IMG/VR virus record: IMGVR_UViG_3300020159_001932
Span: 1 to 64,000 of that record
Length of the DNA: 64,000 nt
Reading direction: 5' to 3' (one strand)
From: a virus
Position 1 is the first letter of the stretch; each line of letters opens with the position of its first letter. Of this stretch, positions 36,748 through 46,301 are shown in pieces. A program made the translations under genes and the position numbers. The notes beneath the pieces are model-generated. The model made no database searches and was not told the DNA's origin. It was given only the letters and a program-made list of their open reading frames with translations.

Positions 36748-37473
36748 GATCTTTTTCTTAATATGGACAATTTTTAAATCAGGATCTGTAACATAAATTC
36801 CTTTGTCGGATTTTAAATCAGTTACAGATACCATATAAAAATTTTCAGGTCCATAAATTTCTTCTTCCATTATTGAAAACACAGTATGGTGCATAGTTAA
36901 AAATATATCTACATCCTCTGTTGTATAATTTCCTATATTTTTAAAAAACTCTCGATGTGCTTCCCAATTTTGATCTACAGTTATCCGAACTGCTAGATTT
37001 ATTAGTTCTTGTATTTGTCCTTTTGTATCTTGTTGCTTTAAGAATCCTGCAACATCTCCGGAATTTGGAGGGTTCCCTACAACCAAATCCCATTTCTCTG
37101 ATTTAGGAATTCCTGCAATTGTAGGAGTTACATATCCTGTAACTCTATCTTGATATCCTAGTTTTGTTGCATTGGTTAAACAGGTGTCAACTGCTAAATC
37201 ATAACAATCTGAGAATGTTAGTTCATTACACAAATTTCTTGTAAGAATCTCCCAGCCTATGATGCCGTGTCCACAACACCATTCAAAGCATCGGTTGTAT
37301 TGTGTTTTTCTGGCGGCGGCAATTGCTTTTAAAAAATAAGGGTATTGATCATTGCCGCCACCCTTTAAGTACCACTTATGATCTATCACATGTCCTGTTG
37401 ACAATGTTGACGAGGTAGGCTCAGTAGAATTAATACTATCAAGGATAATATTATCTTCTTTAACAGTTATCAC
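36736..37473 (-). CDS. Class I SAM-dependent amino-methyltransferase (HemK/MTS-like)
   Basis: Motif I FEWCCGHGIIG, acidic SD after strand 2, motif IV DLVVGNPP. Confidence 0.7.
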   Translation of the reverse strand: MITVKEDNIILDSINSTEPTSSTLSTGHVIDHKWYLKGGGNDQYPYFLKAIAAARKTQYNRCFEWCCGHGIIGWEILTRNLCNELTFSDCYDLAVDTCLTNATKLGYQDRVTGYVTPTIAGIPKSEKWDLVVGNPPNSGDVAGFLKQQDTKGQIQELINLAVRITVDQNWEAHREFFKNIGNYTTEDVDIFLTMHHTVFSIMEEEIYGPENFYMVSVTDLKSDKGIYVTDPDLKIVHIKKKILTN

Positions 37474-37475
37474 AA

Positions 37476-38234
37476 TTATCCAATTACAAAAGTAAGAGGT
37501 GTTCCGCCTTCTTTGTAGTTAATTAACTCTAATTCAAGTGCTTCTATTTCAGCTTTTGCTTCGCCTTTTAGTGCAGCACCGTTTAGTTGAGTGCTACCTT
37601 GTGGACTAGCAATGCTGGCAAATTTTTCACGGGCTTCACCTAACATCATTTTACAGGTTGCTAAACTATAGTCTTTTAACCATTGACCCGATTGAGGATC
37701 TTGAAGCAGATTAAAATCTGGACGATAGTTGTATAACCACAGGCAGAGTTCTTCTTCTGCTCTAGGACGTTGCATGATTGTTAATAGTTTTGTAGTTTTA
37801 TTAAACGTGAAGTTGATATCGCTACCAAACATTTTGCCTACCTGCTTTTGATAACTGGCAAAAGCATAATATGTTGCCAAGCCGCCCATGTTAGAACTTG
37901 CTAATAAGTAGGTGTTAGAATATGCTAGGTTAAACGGTTCAAATAGTGTTCCGCCTTCGCCGCCACCGGTTCTAGAACCTATACTTCTACGAAATAATTG
38001 CCTAACATTCATTACTTCCTTAGGAAGATAATACTCATTAACATCAACTTGTATAGTTAAAAATCCAAAACTTTCCTCTACGCTGTTACTACTGCGCTGG
38101 CGAAACTTGTTTAGGGCACGGTCTATAGCTGTGTTGTAATGTTTTGGGTCAAGTTCAACGTCAACCATGCCGTCACCGAGCATGTCTTTAACGTAATCTA
38201 TTACTTTTTGGCGTTCAAGGTCGTTTTCATTCAT
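37476..38234 (-). CDS. gp13: Neck protein (T4 gp13-like)
   Basis: LG...VDVEL, WLKDYSLA..K...G.AR.KF, LNG..L..EA; divergent from gp14-like gene. Confidence 0.8.
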   Translation of the reverse strand: MNENDLERQKVIDYVKDMLGDGMVDVELDPKHYNTAIDRALNKFRQRSSNSVEESFGFLTIQVDVNEYYLPKEVMNVRQLFRRSIGSRTGGGEGGTLFEPFNLAYSNTYLLASSNMGGLATYYAFASYQKQVGKMFGSDINFTFNKTTKLLTIMQRPRAEEELCLWLYNYRPDFNLLQDPQSGQWLKDYSLATCKMMLGEAREKFASIASPQGSTQLNGAALKGEAKAEIEALELELINYKEGGTPLTFVIG

Positions 38235-38239
38235 ACGGA

Positions 38240-38255
38240 TATTTATCTATAAATA
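38240..38255. promoter_or_regulatory. Back-to-back late promoters between the neck genes
   Basis: Minus TAAATA (38245-38240) 5 nt from ATG 38234; plus TATAAATA (38248-38255) 7 nt from ATG 38263. Confidence 0.8.
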
Positions 38256-38262
38256 CTAGACT

Positions 38263-39468
38263 ATGCCAAGACTATCTCTGTATAAACCAGAAAAAGGCCC
38301 AGATTTTAGATTCCTCGATCGAGTAATTAACGAGCAATTTCAAGTTGGCGGCACTGATATTTATGTACACAAGTACATAGGTACCGTAACTCCTGCCGAA
38401 GGAGAAAGTACTCCAACAACTCCTAATAATTCTGGGCTTAATATACCAGAGCTAGGTATACAAGACGTTCTGTTTATGGAAAACAGAGACAGAAAATATG
38501 ACCCTGATGTTTATATCATGCGTGGAATATACACCATGCAAGACTTAGACTTTAATCTAAGTCAATTTGGGTTGTTTTTAGCCAATGATAATATCATGGT
38601 TCATTTTCATCTTCGTAATACTGTTGATACACTTCAACGAAAAATTATGCCCGGCGATGTATTAGAGTTGCCGCATTTAAAAGACGAATATGCATTAGAT
38701 GATAGCCTTGTAGCATTAAAAAGATTTTATGTAGTAACTGACGTTAGCAGACCTGCAAACGGATTTAGTCAAACGTGGTATCCTCATTTGTTACGTGCAA
38801 AATGTCAGCCGTTGGTCGATACCCAAGAATTTGCTGAGATACTTAATCAAGATAGTGGAGCTGGAGACGGTAGTACCCTTAGAGATCTAATGTCTACCTA
38901 TCAAAAGAACATCGATATTAATAATCAAATTATTGAACAAGCAAATGCAGATGCTCCTCTAAGCGGGTATGACAAAGATCATTTCTTTATTATTCCTACT
39001 GTTGAATCTGGATTAGTTGATTACGCTGCGGCCAGTGATGTAACAGACGATGCAAGCATGGATACAAAAGATGCATCGTTTGTGTTGAATACTAGACACA
39101 GAGAATTATATGTTGCAATTGATAGTGGCAACGGTGTCCCACCGAATGGTGCAACATTTGCCTCTGGCATTACATTTCCTGCTAGTCCTAGCGTTGGACA
39201 ATTTCATTTGCGTACAGACTACCTACCCAATGCTTTATACAGATATGACGGAAAACGTTGGAACCTATACGAGCAAGGAGTTCGAATGACAATGAATCAG
39301 TTTGGTTCTGAAAACGTTGCCCCAGGCACTCACTTTGCTGGCGAGGCAGTAAGAATGACTCAAAAATCAAGTTTTGTAAACAATCTTACAACAGCTACTA
39401 TTAGCGGCGAAACTGTTCCAGAGCGCCAGGCATTGAGCAAAGCACTAAAACCAAAGGCGGATAATTAA
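38263..39468 (+). CDS. gp14: Neck protein (gp14-like, extended)
   Basis: LFMENRDRKY, LSQFGLF, R...GDVLELP; sits between gp13-like and gp15-like genes. Confidence 0.65.
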   Translation: MPRLSLYKPEKGPDFRFLDRVINEQFQVGGTDIYVHKYIGTVTPAEGESTPTTPNNSGLNIPELGIQDVLFMENRDRKYDPDVYIMRGIYTMQDLDFNLSQFGLFLANDNIMVHFHLRNTVDTLQRKIMPGDVLELPHLKDEYALDDSLVALKRFYVVTDVSRPANGFSQTWYPHLLRAKCQPLVDTQEFAEILNQDSGAGDGSTLRDLMSTYQKNIDINNQIIEQANADAPLSGYDKDHFFIIPTVESGLVDYAAASDVTDDASMDTKDASFVLNTRHRELYVAIDSGNGVPPNGATFASGITFPASPSVGQFHLRTDYLPNALYRYDGKRWNLYEQGVRMTMNQFGSENVAPGTHFAGEAVRMTQKSSFVNNLTTATISGETVPERQALSKALKPKADN

Positions 39469-40854
39469 ATGGATTGGTTCTATGACGGTCAGATACGTAG
39501 ATATTTGACACAATACATGCGTGTAATGAGTAACTTTAGTTACAAAGATGGCAGCGGAAGGCTTGTGCAAGTTCCTGTAATCTACGGAGATCCTAGTAGA
39601 CAAACAGCCGCAATCTTAAAGAAGAACAGCGAGAATACCATTCCTAGCGCCCCTTTCATTGCCTGCTATATTAAAAGTGTCGAGTATGAGCAATCAAGGT
39701 TACAAGATCCTACTTTTGTTAGTAAGGTGCATATACGCGAAAGAGAGTTTGATGAAGAAAGCCAACAATATCTTGAAACACAAGGTAGAGGTTATACTGT
39801 AGAACGTATTATGCCTAGTCCGTATAAATTAACATTTAGTGCAGACATATGGACTACAAATACAGATCAAAAATTACAGATATTTGAACAACTAAGTTAT
39901 TTGTTTAATCCTAGCATGGAATTACAGACTACAGATAACTATGTTGACTGGACTAGTCTAACAGTCTTGTACTTAAAAAGTACAACTTGGACAAGTAGAC
40001 AGGTGCCCCAAGGAACAAATCAAGACATTGATATTCTGAATCTAACCTTTGAAACTCCAATATGGATTACCCCTCCTGCTAAAGTTAAAAGACTTGGTAT
40101 AATTACAAAAATTATAGCAAATGCTTTTAGTAATTTAGAAGGAACCATTGTTACAGAATATGAATCGGCAGGAAGCGGCTCTGCAATTTATACAGGGTTA
40201 GGTGATCCAGTAAGCAGGACAACAGTAACTCCTGGTAACTTTGAACTTATTGTACTAAACAATGTTGCAAGCCTATTAAAAAATAATATTGCCTCTCATG
40301 CAGATGATGTTACAATGCCTAATCACACCGTGTCTTGGAGAAGTTTATTAGATTTATATCCCGGACAGTTTAGAGCAAATTTAACACAGTTGAGATTATT
40401 AAAATCCGACGGCAACGAAGTTGTTGCTTATATTAGTCTTGATCCTCTTGACGAACGCAGAATGTTGTTGAATATAGATACTGACACTGTGCCTACAAAT
40501 ACAATTATCAGCGGCAGGGGAACAATTGATGCAATAATTAATCCTGATACATTTAATCCAGGTTCTCCGTCGGCAGGCACTAGATACTTAATATTAGAAA
40601 ATATTAATAGTGATGCTGTTAATGGCCCGGCTGCATGGTTACAAGATGACGGCAGCGGGTTTACAGCTACGGCTAATGATATTATTGAGTGGAATGGAAG
40701 CCAGTGGAATATAGTATTCAATTCTACTGTTACCACTGACGTTACTTACATAACTAACATATACACAGGAATTCAATACAAATGGGACAACAATGAATGG
40801 TCTAAGAGTTTTGAAGGCATTTACGACAAAGACGCATGGAGAATAATTCTTTAA
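39469..40854 (+). CDS. gp15: Tail sheath stabilizer/terminator (gp15-like, extended)
   Basis: FYDGQIRRY, VPVIYG, PSPYKL, QIFEQL...FNP, WI.PP. Confidence 0.75.
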   Translation: MDWFYDGQIRRYLTQYMRVMSNFSYKDGSGRLVQVPVIYGDPSRQTAAILKKNSENTIPSAPFIACYIKSVEYEQSRLQDPTFVSKVHIREREFDEESQQYLETQGRGYTVERIMPSPYKLTFSADIWTTNTDQKLQIFEQLSYLFNPSMELQTTDNYVDWTSLTVLYLKSTTWTSRQVPQGTNQDIDILNLTFETPIWITPPAKVKRLGIITKIIANAFSNLEGTIVTEYESAGSGSAIYTGLGDPVSRTTVTPGNFELIVLNNVASLLKNNIASHADDVTMPNHTVSWRSLLDLYPGQFRANLTQLRLLKSDGNEVVAYISLDPLDERRMLLNIDTDTVPTNTIISGRGTIDAIINPDTFNPGSPSAGTRYLILENINSDAVNGPAAWLQDDGSGFTATANDIIEWNGSQWNIVFNSTVTTDVTYITNIYTGIQYKWDNNEWSKSFEGIYDKDAWRIIL

Positions 40855-41285
40855 ATTCTAATCAAATCATTGCCAGCGGTGGTTTGTTTCTTGCAAAGAA
40901 TACTAAAAGATTCTTATTATTGCTACGTACCCAAGGAAAAACTGCGGGCACATGGGGGTTGGTTGGCGGCCGAAAAGAGCCAACAGATGCTACTCCGTTT
41001 GATGCATTAAAAAGAGAAATTGAAGAAGAAATTGGTGTGGTAAAAGATATTAAAAAGACCATACCTTTAGAATTGTTTACCAGCAACGATCAGAATTTTC
41101 AGTACAACACTTATGTTGTAATAGTCGACAATGAATTTATTCCCGTATTAAACAAAGAGCATTCGGGGTATTCGTGGTGTAGCTTTGATAACTGGCCAAA
41201 GCCTTTACATCAAGGCGTTAAAACTAGTTTTTCTAGTAAAGTTATCAGAGCAAAATTAGAACTACTAATCGACTTACTCGATTAA
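40836..41285 (+). CDS. Nudix hydrolase
   Basis: Nudix box GG..E.......ALKREIEEEIG; LN.EH..Y.W. Confidence 0.85.
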   Translation: MENNSLNSNQIIASGGLFLAKNTKRFLLLLRTQGKTAGTWGLVGGRKEPTDATPFDALKREIEEEIGVVKDIKKTIPLELFTSNDQNFQYNTYVVIVDNEFIPVLNKEHSGYSWCSFDNWPKPLHQGVKTSFSSKVIRAKLELLIDLLD

Positions 41286-41927
41286 ATCTGGCCCAAATGC
41301 CCATGTTCCTAAATGGCGCATTTCCATGCTAAGTTGAGTGTCCACTTTAACAGTGTATCCTACTGCTGCCATTTTCTGACAAAAAATCATATCTTCACCT
41401 AAATGATCATTGCTTGATGGTGTCCACCCAAATTCAAACCACGGTTGATCAATTTGATCTAGAATACTTGTTTTAACCAGCATACATCCCATGCCAATTC
41501 CTTCTACATCAACAAGATTTTCTTGAGGCTCAAATGGCAGGGGATTTTCCCAGTCTCCTATTGTTTCGTAGGCAACTCCTTTGGCAGGTAATTGTCTACG
41601 AACGTAATTGGCCGCAACTATAGGTTCTTTGTGTGCCATTAATCTCATTGCAGTAGTTGGCGGGAAAACCATATCACTGTCTATCCATAACATATATTCT
41701 GCGCCAATTGCTCTTGCTTCTAGAGCTAATCGTTCTCTTTGTGTTAACAAAACTGTGCTGGCATCAAATACAACATGTGTATCAATGCCGTTCATGGTAT
41801 TGAGTTTAACTAGTTCTATGAGACATTTACTGAATGCTGAATGTACGTGGTCTCGAGTAGGGCTTAAAATTGCCAGTTTAGATTTTTTTAGGCTCCACTG
41901 GCTGGAGGCAAATACGCTTTTGCTCAT
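41274..41927 (-). CDS. GT-A fold (GT2-like) glycosyltransferase
   Basis: YMLWIDSDM DxD motif, GMGCMLV, GEDMIFC, HLG. Confidence 0.75.
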   Translation of the reverse strand: MSKSVFASSQWSLKKSKLAILSPTRDHVHSAFSKCLIELVKLNTMNGIDTHVVFDASTVLLTQRERLALEARAIGAEYMLWIDSDMVFPPTTAMRLMAHKEPIVAANYVRRQLPAKGVAYETIGDWENPLPFEPQENLVDVEGIGMGCMLVKTSILDQIDQPWFEFGWTPSSNDHLGEDMIFCQKMAAVGYTVKVDTQLSMEMRHLGTWAFGPDLIE

Positions 41928-42400
41928 GCACCTGCTACATCTTTACTTAAAGTTTCGCCTTGAATTACAAGTTCCTGAATAGCATTGATAATGTCTTGAC
42001 TACGTTTTGCAGTTAAAATAAAATCATTAGGGCTAAGTTTACACATGGTAGACATAGTAGATATACTAATCTCATTTTTACATAGTGTTTCTAGCGCACC
42101 TTGTCTTGCAAGATTTTCAATAAATTGTTGCTGTGCAGTATCGTTATTGTTGGTCAATAATTCTTCGCATTCATTGGGATCAAGTTCGTCTGCAAGTTCT
42201 TTTAACATAATTAACTCATTTTTATCTGCTAAACTAGGAGTTTTTAAAGTTTCTAAAAACTGTATTCTTTTTAAGAATTCTAGTAATGTTACTGGGTTAG
42301 ATGTTCTATCGTGGTAAACAATGTTGTCTAATTCCCAGCGGCTTGTTCCAATTGTAGCAGAGTTGATTAATTTGTCAATATCTAATTTTTTCTTTTTCAT
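41924..42400 (-). CDS. Hypothetical helical protein
   Basis: 158-aa ORF with ATGA overlap to the glycosyltransferase. Confidence 0.7.
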   Translation of the reverse strand: MKKKKLDIDKLINSATIGTSRWELDNIVYHDRTSNPVTLLEFLKRIQFLETLKTPSLADKNELIMLKELADELDPNECEELLTNNNDTAQQQFIENLARQGALETLCKNEISISTMSTMCKLSPNDFILTAKRSQDIINAIQELVIQGETLSKDVAGA

Positions 42401-42411
42401 GTTAATCCGTT

Positions 42412-42615
42412 CTATGAATATGTGTAAGGAGCAGTTTTACCACCAAATGTAGCAGAAAAACTAATCTGAGCGCCAGCAACTTTACCGCCATAGCTGGCAC
42501 CTAATGTTGCACTAAGACTAATATTCAATCCAGCACTAGGCGCGGTATTCGTATATGCTTGGTATACTCCTCCCATTTTAATAGCTGATCCTGTTGCTGG
42601 TAAGACTGATGGCAC
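42412..42615 (-). CDS. Small Gly/Ala-rich fibre-associated protein
   Basis: LPATG.AI.M...ISLS...ISFS..FGGK; AAGGAG SD and TATAAATA (42639-42632) upstream. Confidence 0.6.
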   Translation of the reverse strand: MPSVLPATGSAIKMGGVYQAYTNTAPSAGLNISLSATLGASYGGKVAGAQISFSATFGGKTAPYTYS

Positions 42616-42691
42616 CGGTAAATCTCCTTGATATTTATAGGCCTAAATTTACTACATAAAAAAATTGATTTAGTAAACTATTTATTATATA

Positions 42692-42850
42692 TTAATTTGG
42701 ATCAAAATTGAGATGAAATCCTAAATTATCTATATACTCCTTTGCAGTTTCTAATTCTACAAATTGTTCTTGTACTAGTTCTTCATTGTCGTCGTAGTAT
42801 TGCAAGATCCAAAAATTGTCTTCAAATTTTAATTGTCTAAATTTTTTCAT
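42692..42850 (-). CDS. 52-aa acidic hypothetical protein (missing from ORF track)
   Basis: MKKFRQLKFEDNFWILQYYDDNEELVQEQFVELETAKEYIDNLGFHLNFDPN; ATGA overlap with upstream stop. Confidence 0.6.
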   Translation of the reverse strand: MKKFRQLKFEDNFWILQYYDDNEELVQEQFVELETAKEYIDNLGFHLNFDPN

Positions 42851-43977
42851 ACACCATACCTTGATCGTTGATTATTAAAGTTTTGTAAAATTTCATCGGG
42901 AGAAAGTGCTCTGTTGTAAATTAAACATTGCGAAATTTTTCCCGGAAAGTGAGACGCTCCAACGGACTGGGCACCAATAGTAATATCTATGTTACCTTCT
43001 GACGTTATAGCTTTTCCTGCGTCAGCTGCTGACGCATTTAAAACACCATTTAAGTAAGTTTTTAACCCTACATTGTCATATACTCCTACAATGTTATACC
43101 AGGTATTTAATTCCAAAGTTGCTCCGCTATCAAGTGCGTACACTCCAGTTACGCCACCGTCATATTGCCAAAATATTCTATTACTTGGGTTGATTAGCAA
43201 ACAAATACCGTTAGAATTGTTAACTTTATTTGCCATAATTCCAGGCCACCCAGTATGAGCAGCAAGTCGGCGAATCCATGCTGAGAATGTTACTGTATTA
43301 CCTATTACTGAATTCATTCCGTTTGCTACCGTAAGATAATGTGAAGCTCCTAAAAAACTAAAAGTTCCATCAGACTCATATGATAAACTATTTGCAGTTA
43401 TAGTATGTCGATTAGTTAAGTCTCTAATTGCTTGTGTAGTTGACCGAGTTCCTCCAACAAATGGTGAGGCAAAACCACCCAATTCGTATTGTGAGGCCGT
43501 CACATATACTGCACCATTAGTGTTATAACACATAGCCACAGCGCCATAATTACTTCCAGAATTCGTTACCGGATCTTCAATTCGTGTCCAAACACCTCTA
43601 GGAATAAATTGTTGCGTTCCATAGTCCCATGGATTCCAGTGCTGACCTGCACTTACCCATGTACCAGATTCTAAATAGACGTAGGCAGAATGTGTATATG
43701 TTCCTCCGTTTACCTGATCAACCGTGGCAGTATATAAAATTTGTTGTGCGTCATTTCCATCGTTAGAAGTAATTTTATATATAGGATATCCTGTTACAGG
43801 TGGAGGCGATGGAGGTGTAGCATTACTGATTTTTGTAGAATTATATCCGTACTCATATGTTCCAAAGCTACAAGTATTAATAGTAGGTTTTCCCATCCAC
43901 GACTTTGTAACATTGTTCATGTCATAGGCAAACACTAGTCCGTTGACTATAGGTCTAGGTCCATTAGATGCACTCAT
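42847..43977 (-). CDS. LamG/concanavalin-like lectin protein with inserted carbohydrate-binding-like domain
   Basis: GLVFAYD start; TFSAWI, WYNIVGVY, YLNG, IYNRALS..EI.QNFN..R.RYG. Confidence 0.8.
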   Translation of the reverse strand: MSASNGPRPIVNGLVFAYDMNNVTKSWMGKPTINTCSFGTYEYGYNSTKISNATPPSPPPVTGYPIYKITSNDGNDAQQILYTATVDQVNGGTYTHSAYVYLESGTWVSAGQHWNPWDYGTQQFIPRGVWTRIEDPVTNSGSNYGAVAMCYNTNGAVYVTASQYELGGFASPFVGGTRSTTQAIRDLTNRHTITANSLSYESDGTFSFLGASHYLTVANGMNSVIGNTVTFSAWIRRLAAHTGWPGIMANKVNNSNGICLLINPSNRIFWQYDGGVTGVYALDSGATLELNTWYNIVGVYDNVGLKTYLNGVLNASAADAGKAITSEGNIDITIGAQSVGASHFPGKISQCLIYNRALSPDEILQNFNNQRSRYGV

Positions 43978-45248
43978 AGTCCAAACCTCCTTCTAGTGGC
44001 ATTAAAATTCTGTCTTATTTCGCTGGCACTTAAGACTCTGTTATACATTCTAAACAAATAGTAATCTCCAGAAACACTAAATCCTGTGTTGCCGCCCCAT
44101 CCATCGCCATATGGATACAACGATCCAATTAATGTTCCAAAGGCGTTAGTTCCAGCACTGCCACCACCACCACTTAATCCATGATTGGTTGCACCAACAT
44201 ATACTTCTCCATTCCTATAAACACCGTACTGTGTGGCATCCATCCACCATACCATGTGTACATTTGATCCTGTACATATTGACGAATAACCTAGTGCAGT
44301 GCCCGATGCATTAGAATGCAATCCAAAACTACCATCTTGTATGGTGTAGTTATATTGTCCACTACCATTCCACGGCCTACTAATAATATAACCTCCGGTA
44401 TCGCTTGATTTAAAAACAAGTTCTAATGTCATTGCTGGATTACCATTAGTTGCATTAGGACTCCACGCATTAGAATAATCTCCGTGATTTGTATAGATAT
44501 ATTGTGCATTACCGTTTAAGGTAACAGCATTAGGTGTTGTAGTTGTACTCTGGCTTGAGTTTGTAATTGTTGCTTGTTGCTTGTAACTACTTAAATCATT
44601 AACAGTAGTTGATACTGTATTAAGAGCCGGCCAATTAGAAGGATGCAAACCAGTCCAATTTCCAGGTGCAATCAATACCTTTGCTACATATAATCTATTG
44701 TAGGTAGCATATTGATACATCCACGAACCTGTATTAATATATCCAGCACTACCGTTAGTGGTGAACAACGATCTAGACCAGTACCAATCATCGCCTAAGT
44801 GAGTTTCTTGACCACTGTAGCCACCAACCATGTGTACGCCATATTCCGTTAGGTATGATCCACCACTGGTGTATTCATAATGATACATATAGTTTGCACC
44901 ATAGTGTCGGTTTACACTCTTATAGAGTATTGCATAAGTGTATTGTGTGTTTCCGGTAACTGTAATACCATCACCATACCCGTACGGACTAGGACAGCAA
45001 TTACCCGAGCCGCCGTTATAGTCATTATACATATCCATATAAGCACTATTGACCCATCCTACGGTAGGAATGTAAACATTTTCTGTACCTGAGCTAAAAT
45101 TATAAGTTGCAGAAGAGCTTTGGCCGCGAGGAGTTATTTGCGTTGCTATGTTTTTTGTTGTTGGTGCAGAAACACTTTTAGTATTGCCGGCATCCATGTA
45201 AAATAAAAGTCCGTTTTGCACCATTGATGGATTAGCAGTTATACTCAT
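43974..45248 (-). CDS. LamG-like lectin protein
   Basis: GLLFYMDAGN start; YRNG, MYNRVLS..EI.QNFN..R.RFG. Confidence 0.8.
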   Translation of the reverse strand: MSITANPSMVQNGLLFYMDAGNTKSVSAPTTKNIATQITPRGQSSSATYNFSSGTENVYIPTVGWVNSAYMDMYNDYNGGSGNCCPSPYGYGDGITVTGNTQYTYAILYKSVNRHYGANYMYHYEYTSGGSYLTEYGVHMVGGYSGQETHLGDDWYWSRSLFTTNGSAGYINTGSWMYQYATYNRLYVAKVLIAPGNWTGLHPSNWPALNTVSTTVNDLSSYKQQATITNSSQSTTTTPNAVTLNGNAQYIYTNHGDYSNAWSPNATNGNPAMTLELVFKSSDTGGYIISRPWNGSGQYNYTIQDGSFGLHSNASGTALGYSSICTGSNVHMVWWMDATQYGVYRNGEVYVGATNHGLSGGGGSAGTNAFGTLIGSLYPYGDGWGGNTGFSVSGDYYLFRMYNRVLSASEIRQNFNATRRRFGL

Positions 45249-45967
45249 AGGAACCTCCCTGCAAGAGAATCGCTGATACTACGAATGGTTGCATCGTCTA
45301 ATCCTGTATTATAAACTGCAAAATATGCCAGCTGGCCTCCCCAATTTGATGCTGCGCCACCGTATTCATCGCTGCTGCCTAAGTCCATGTTAGCAGAACC
45401 TAGGTTAATATTTCCTGCGTAGGTAGTATTTGTAACATAAGAAGTTCCGTTCATGAAAATACTTCTGTCATATAATCTGCTTCTAAATGTCCATATTCTA
45501 AAATTACGCATATCAGATAGGCCAAACGTATATTGTGTACGCTGGTCGGCATTACAGCAGGTGCTTTGATCAAAATACATTGTGTAGTTTGACCAGCCAG
45601 GGTGTAGAAATATTCCGCGGCCGGTAGAACTACTGTTTTGACCATTTGTGTTATAAAACTTAAAAGCACTATTTGCATTGTCTGTCTGTGTGGTAGATAC
45701 CATAACGATAGTGTAGCCTGTGCCGTTGTTAATACCAAAGCTGTTACTAGCAGGACCGACACCTCTTGTGCCACTGGTAGAGAAATATGATTTTGCACCA
45801 GATGCAGTATATTGCACTCCGTTTGTTCCACTCCATACAATGTTTCTTTTATTCCCGCTGATGTCAAACCAGGTCGATCCTGATCCAGGATAACTGCTGG
45901 CATTGCTTGCATCTAATAACATCTGCAAGTTTGACCTCTGAATAGAAACTTTATATGTTACTGACAT
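45245..45967 (-). CDS. LamG-like lectin protein
   Basis: LDASN..SYPGSGSTWFDISGN; VYNTGL...RF. Confidence 0.78.
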   Translation of the reverse strand: MSVTYKVSIQRSNLQMLLDASNASSYPGSGSTWFDISGNKRNIVWSGTNGVQYTASGAKSYFSTSGTRGVGPASNSFGINNGTGYTIVMVSTTQTDNANSAFKFYNTNGQNSSSTGRGIFLHPGWSNYTMYFDQSTCCNADQRTQYTFGLSDMRNFRIWTFRSRLYDRSIFMNGTSYVTNTTYAGNINLGSANMDLGSSDEYGGAASNWGGQLAYFAVYNTGLDDATIRSISDSLAGRFL

Positions 45968-45968
45968 A

Positions 45969-46283
45969 TTACCATTTTCCTAGAGGACATGATTTGAATT
46001 CCATGTTTACTAACATAGAAATAGGACATGCACATTGATTGCACGTTCCGTTGTTCTCAACAAGTAGTTGGTCGCAATCGTTACATATTGTTATTCTGTT
46101 TAATCTAACAGACTCTTTTACAAATGTGTCTTCAGTGAAGGTGACTTCATTGCTTACCATTACGTTGACTACCTGCATGTTAGCACCTCGTGCCTGTGCG
46201 GCAGCTACCAAGTCAGTATATACACCATCCTTGTAATCTTTTATTGCTAGATGTGCTGTTTCGTAGTCTAAGTTTGTGCTCAT
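45969..46283 (-). CDS. Small Cys-rich protein
   Basis: R..ICNDC...CNQCAC.....K.CPLGKW. Confidence 0.7.
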   Translation of the reverse strand: MSTNLDYETAHLAIKDYKDGVYTDLVAAAQARGANMQVVNVMVSNEVTFTEDTFVKESVRLNRITICNDCDQLLVENNGTCNQCACPISMLVNMEFKSCPLGKW

Positions 46284-46301
46284 ATATTATTTACTCAACG
46301 G

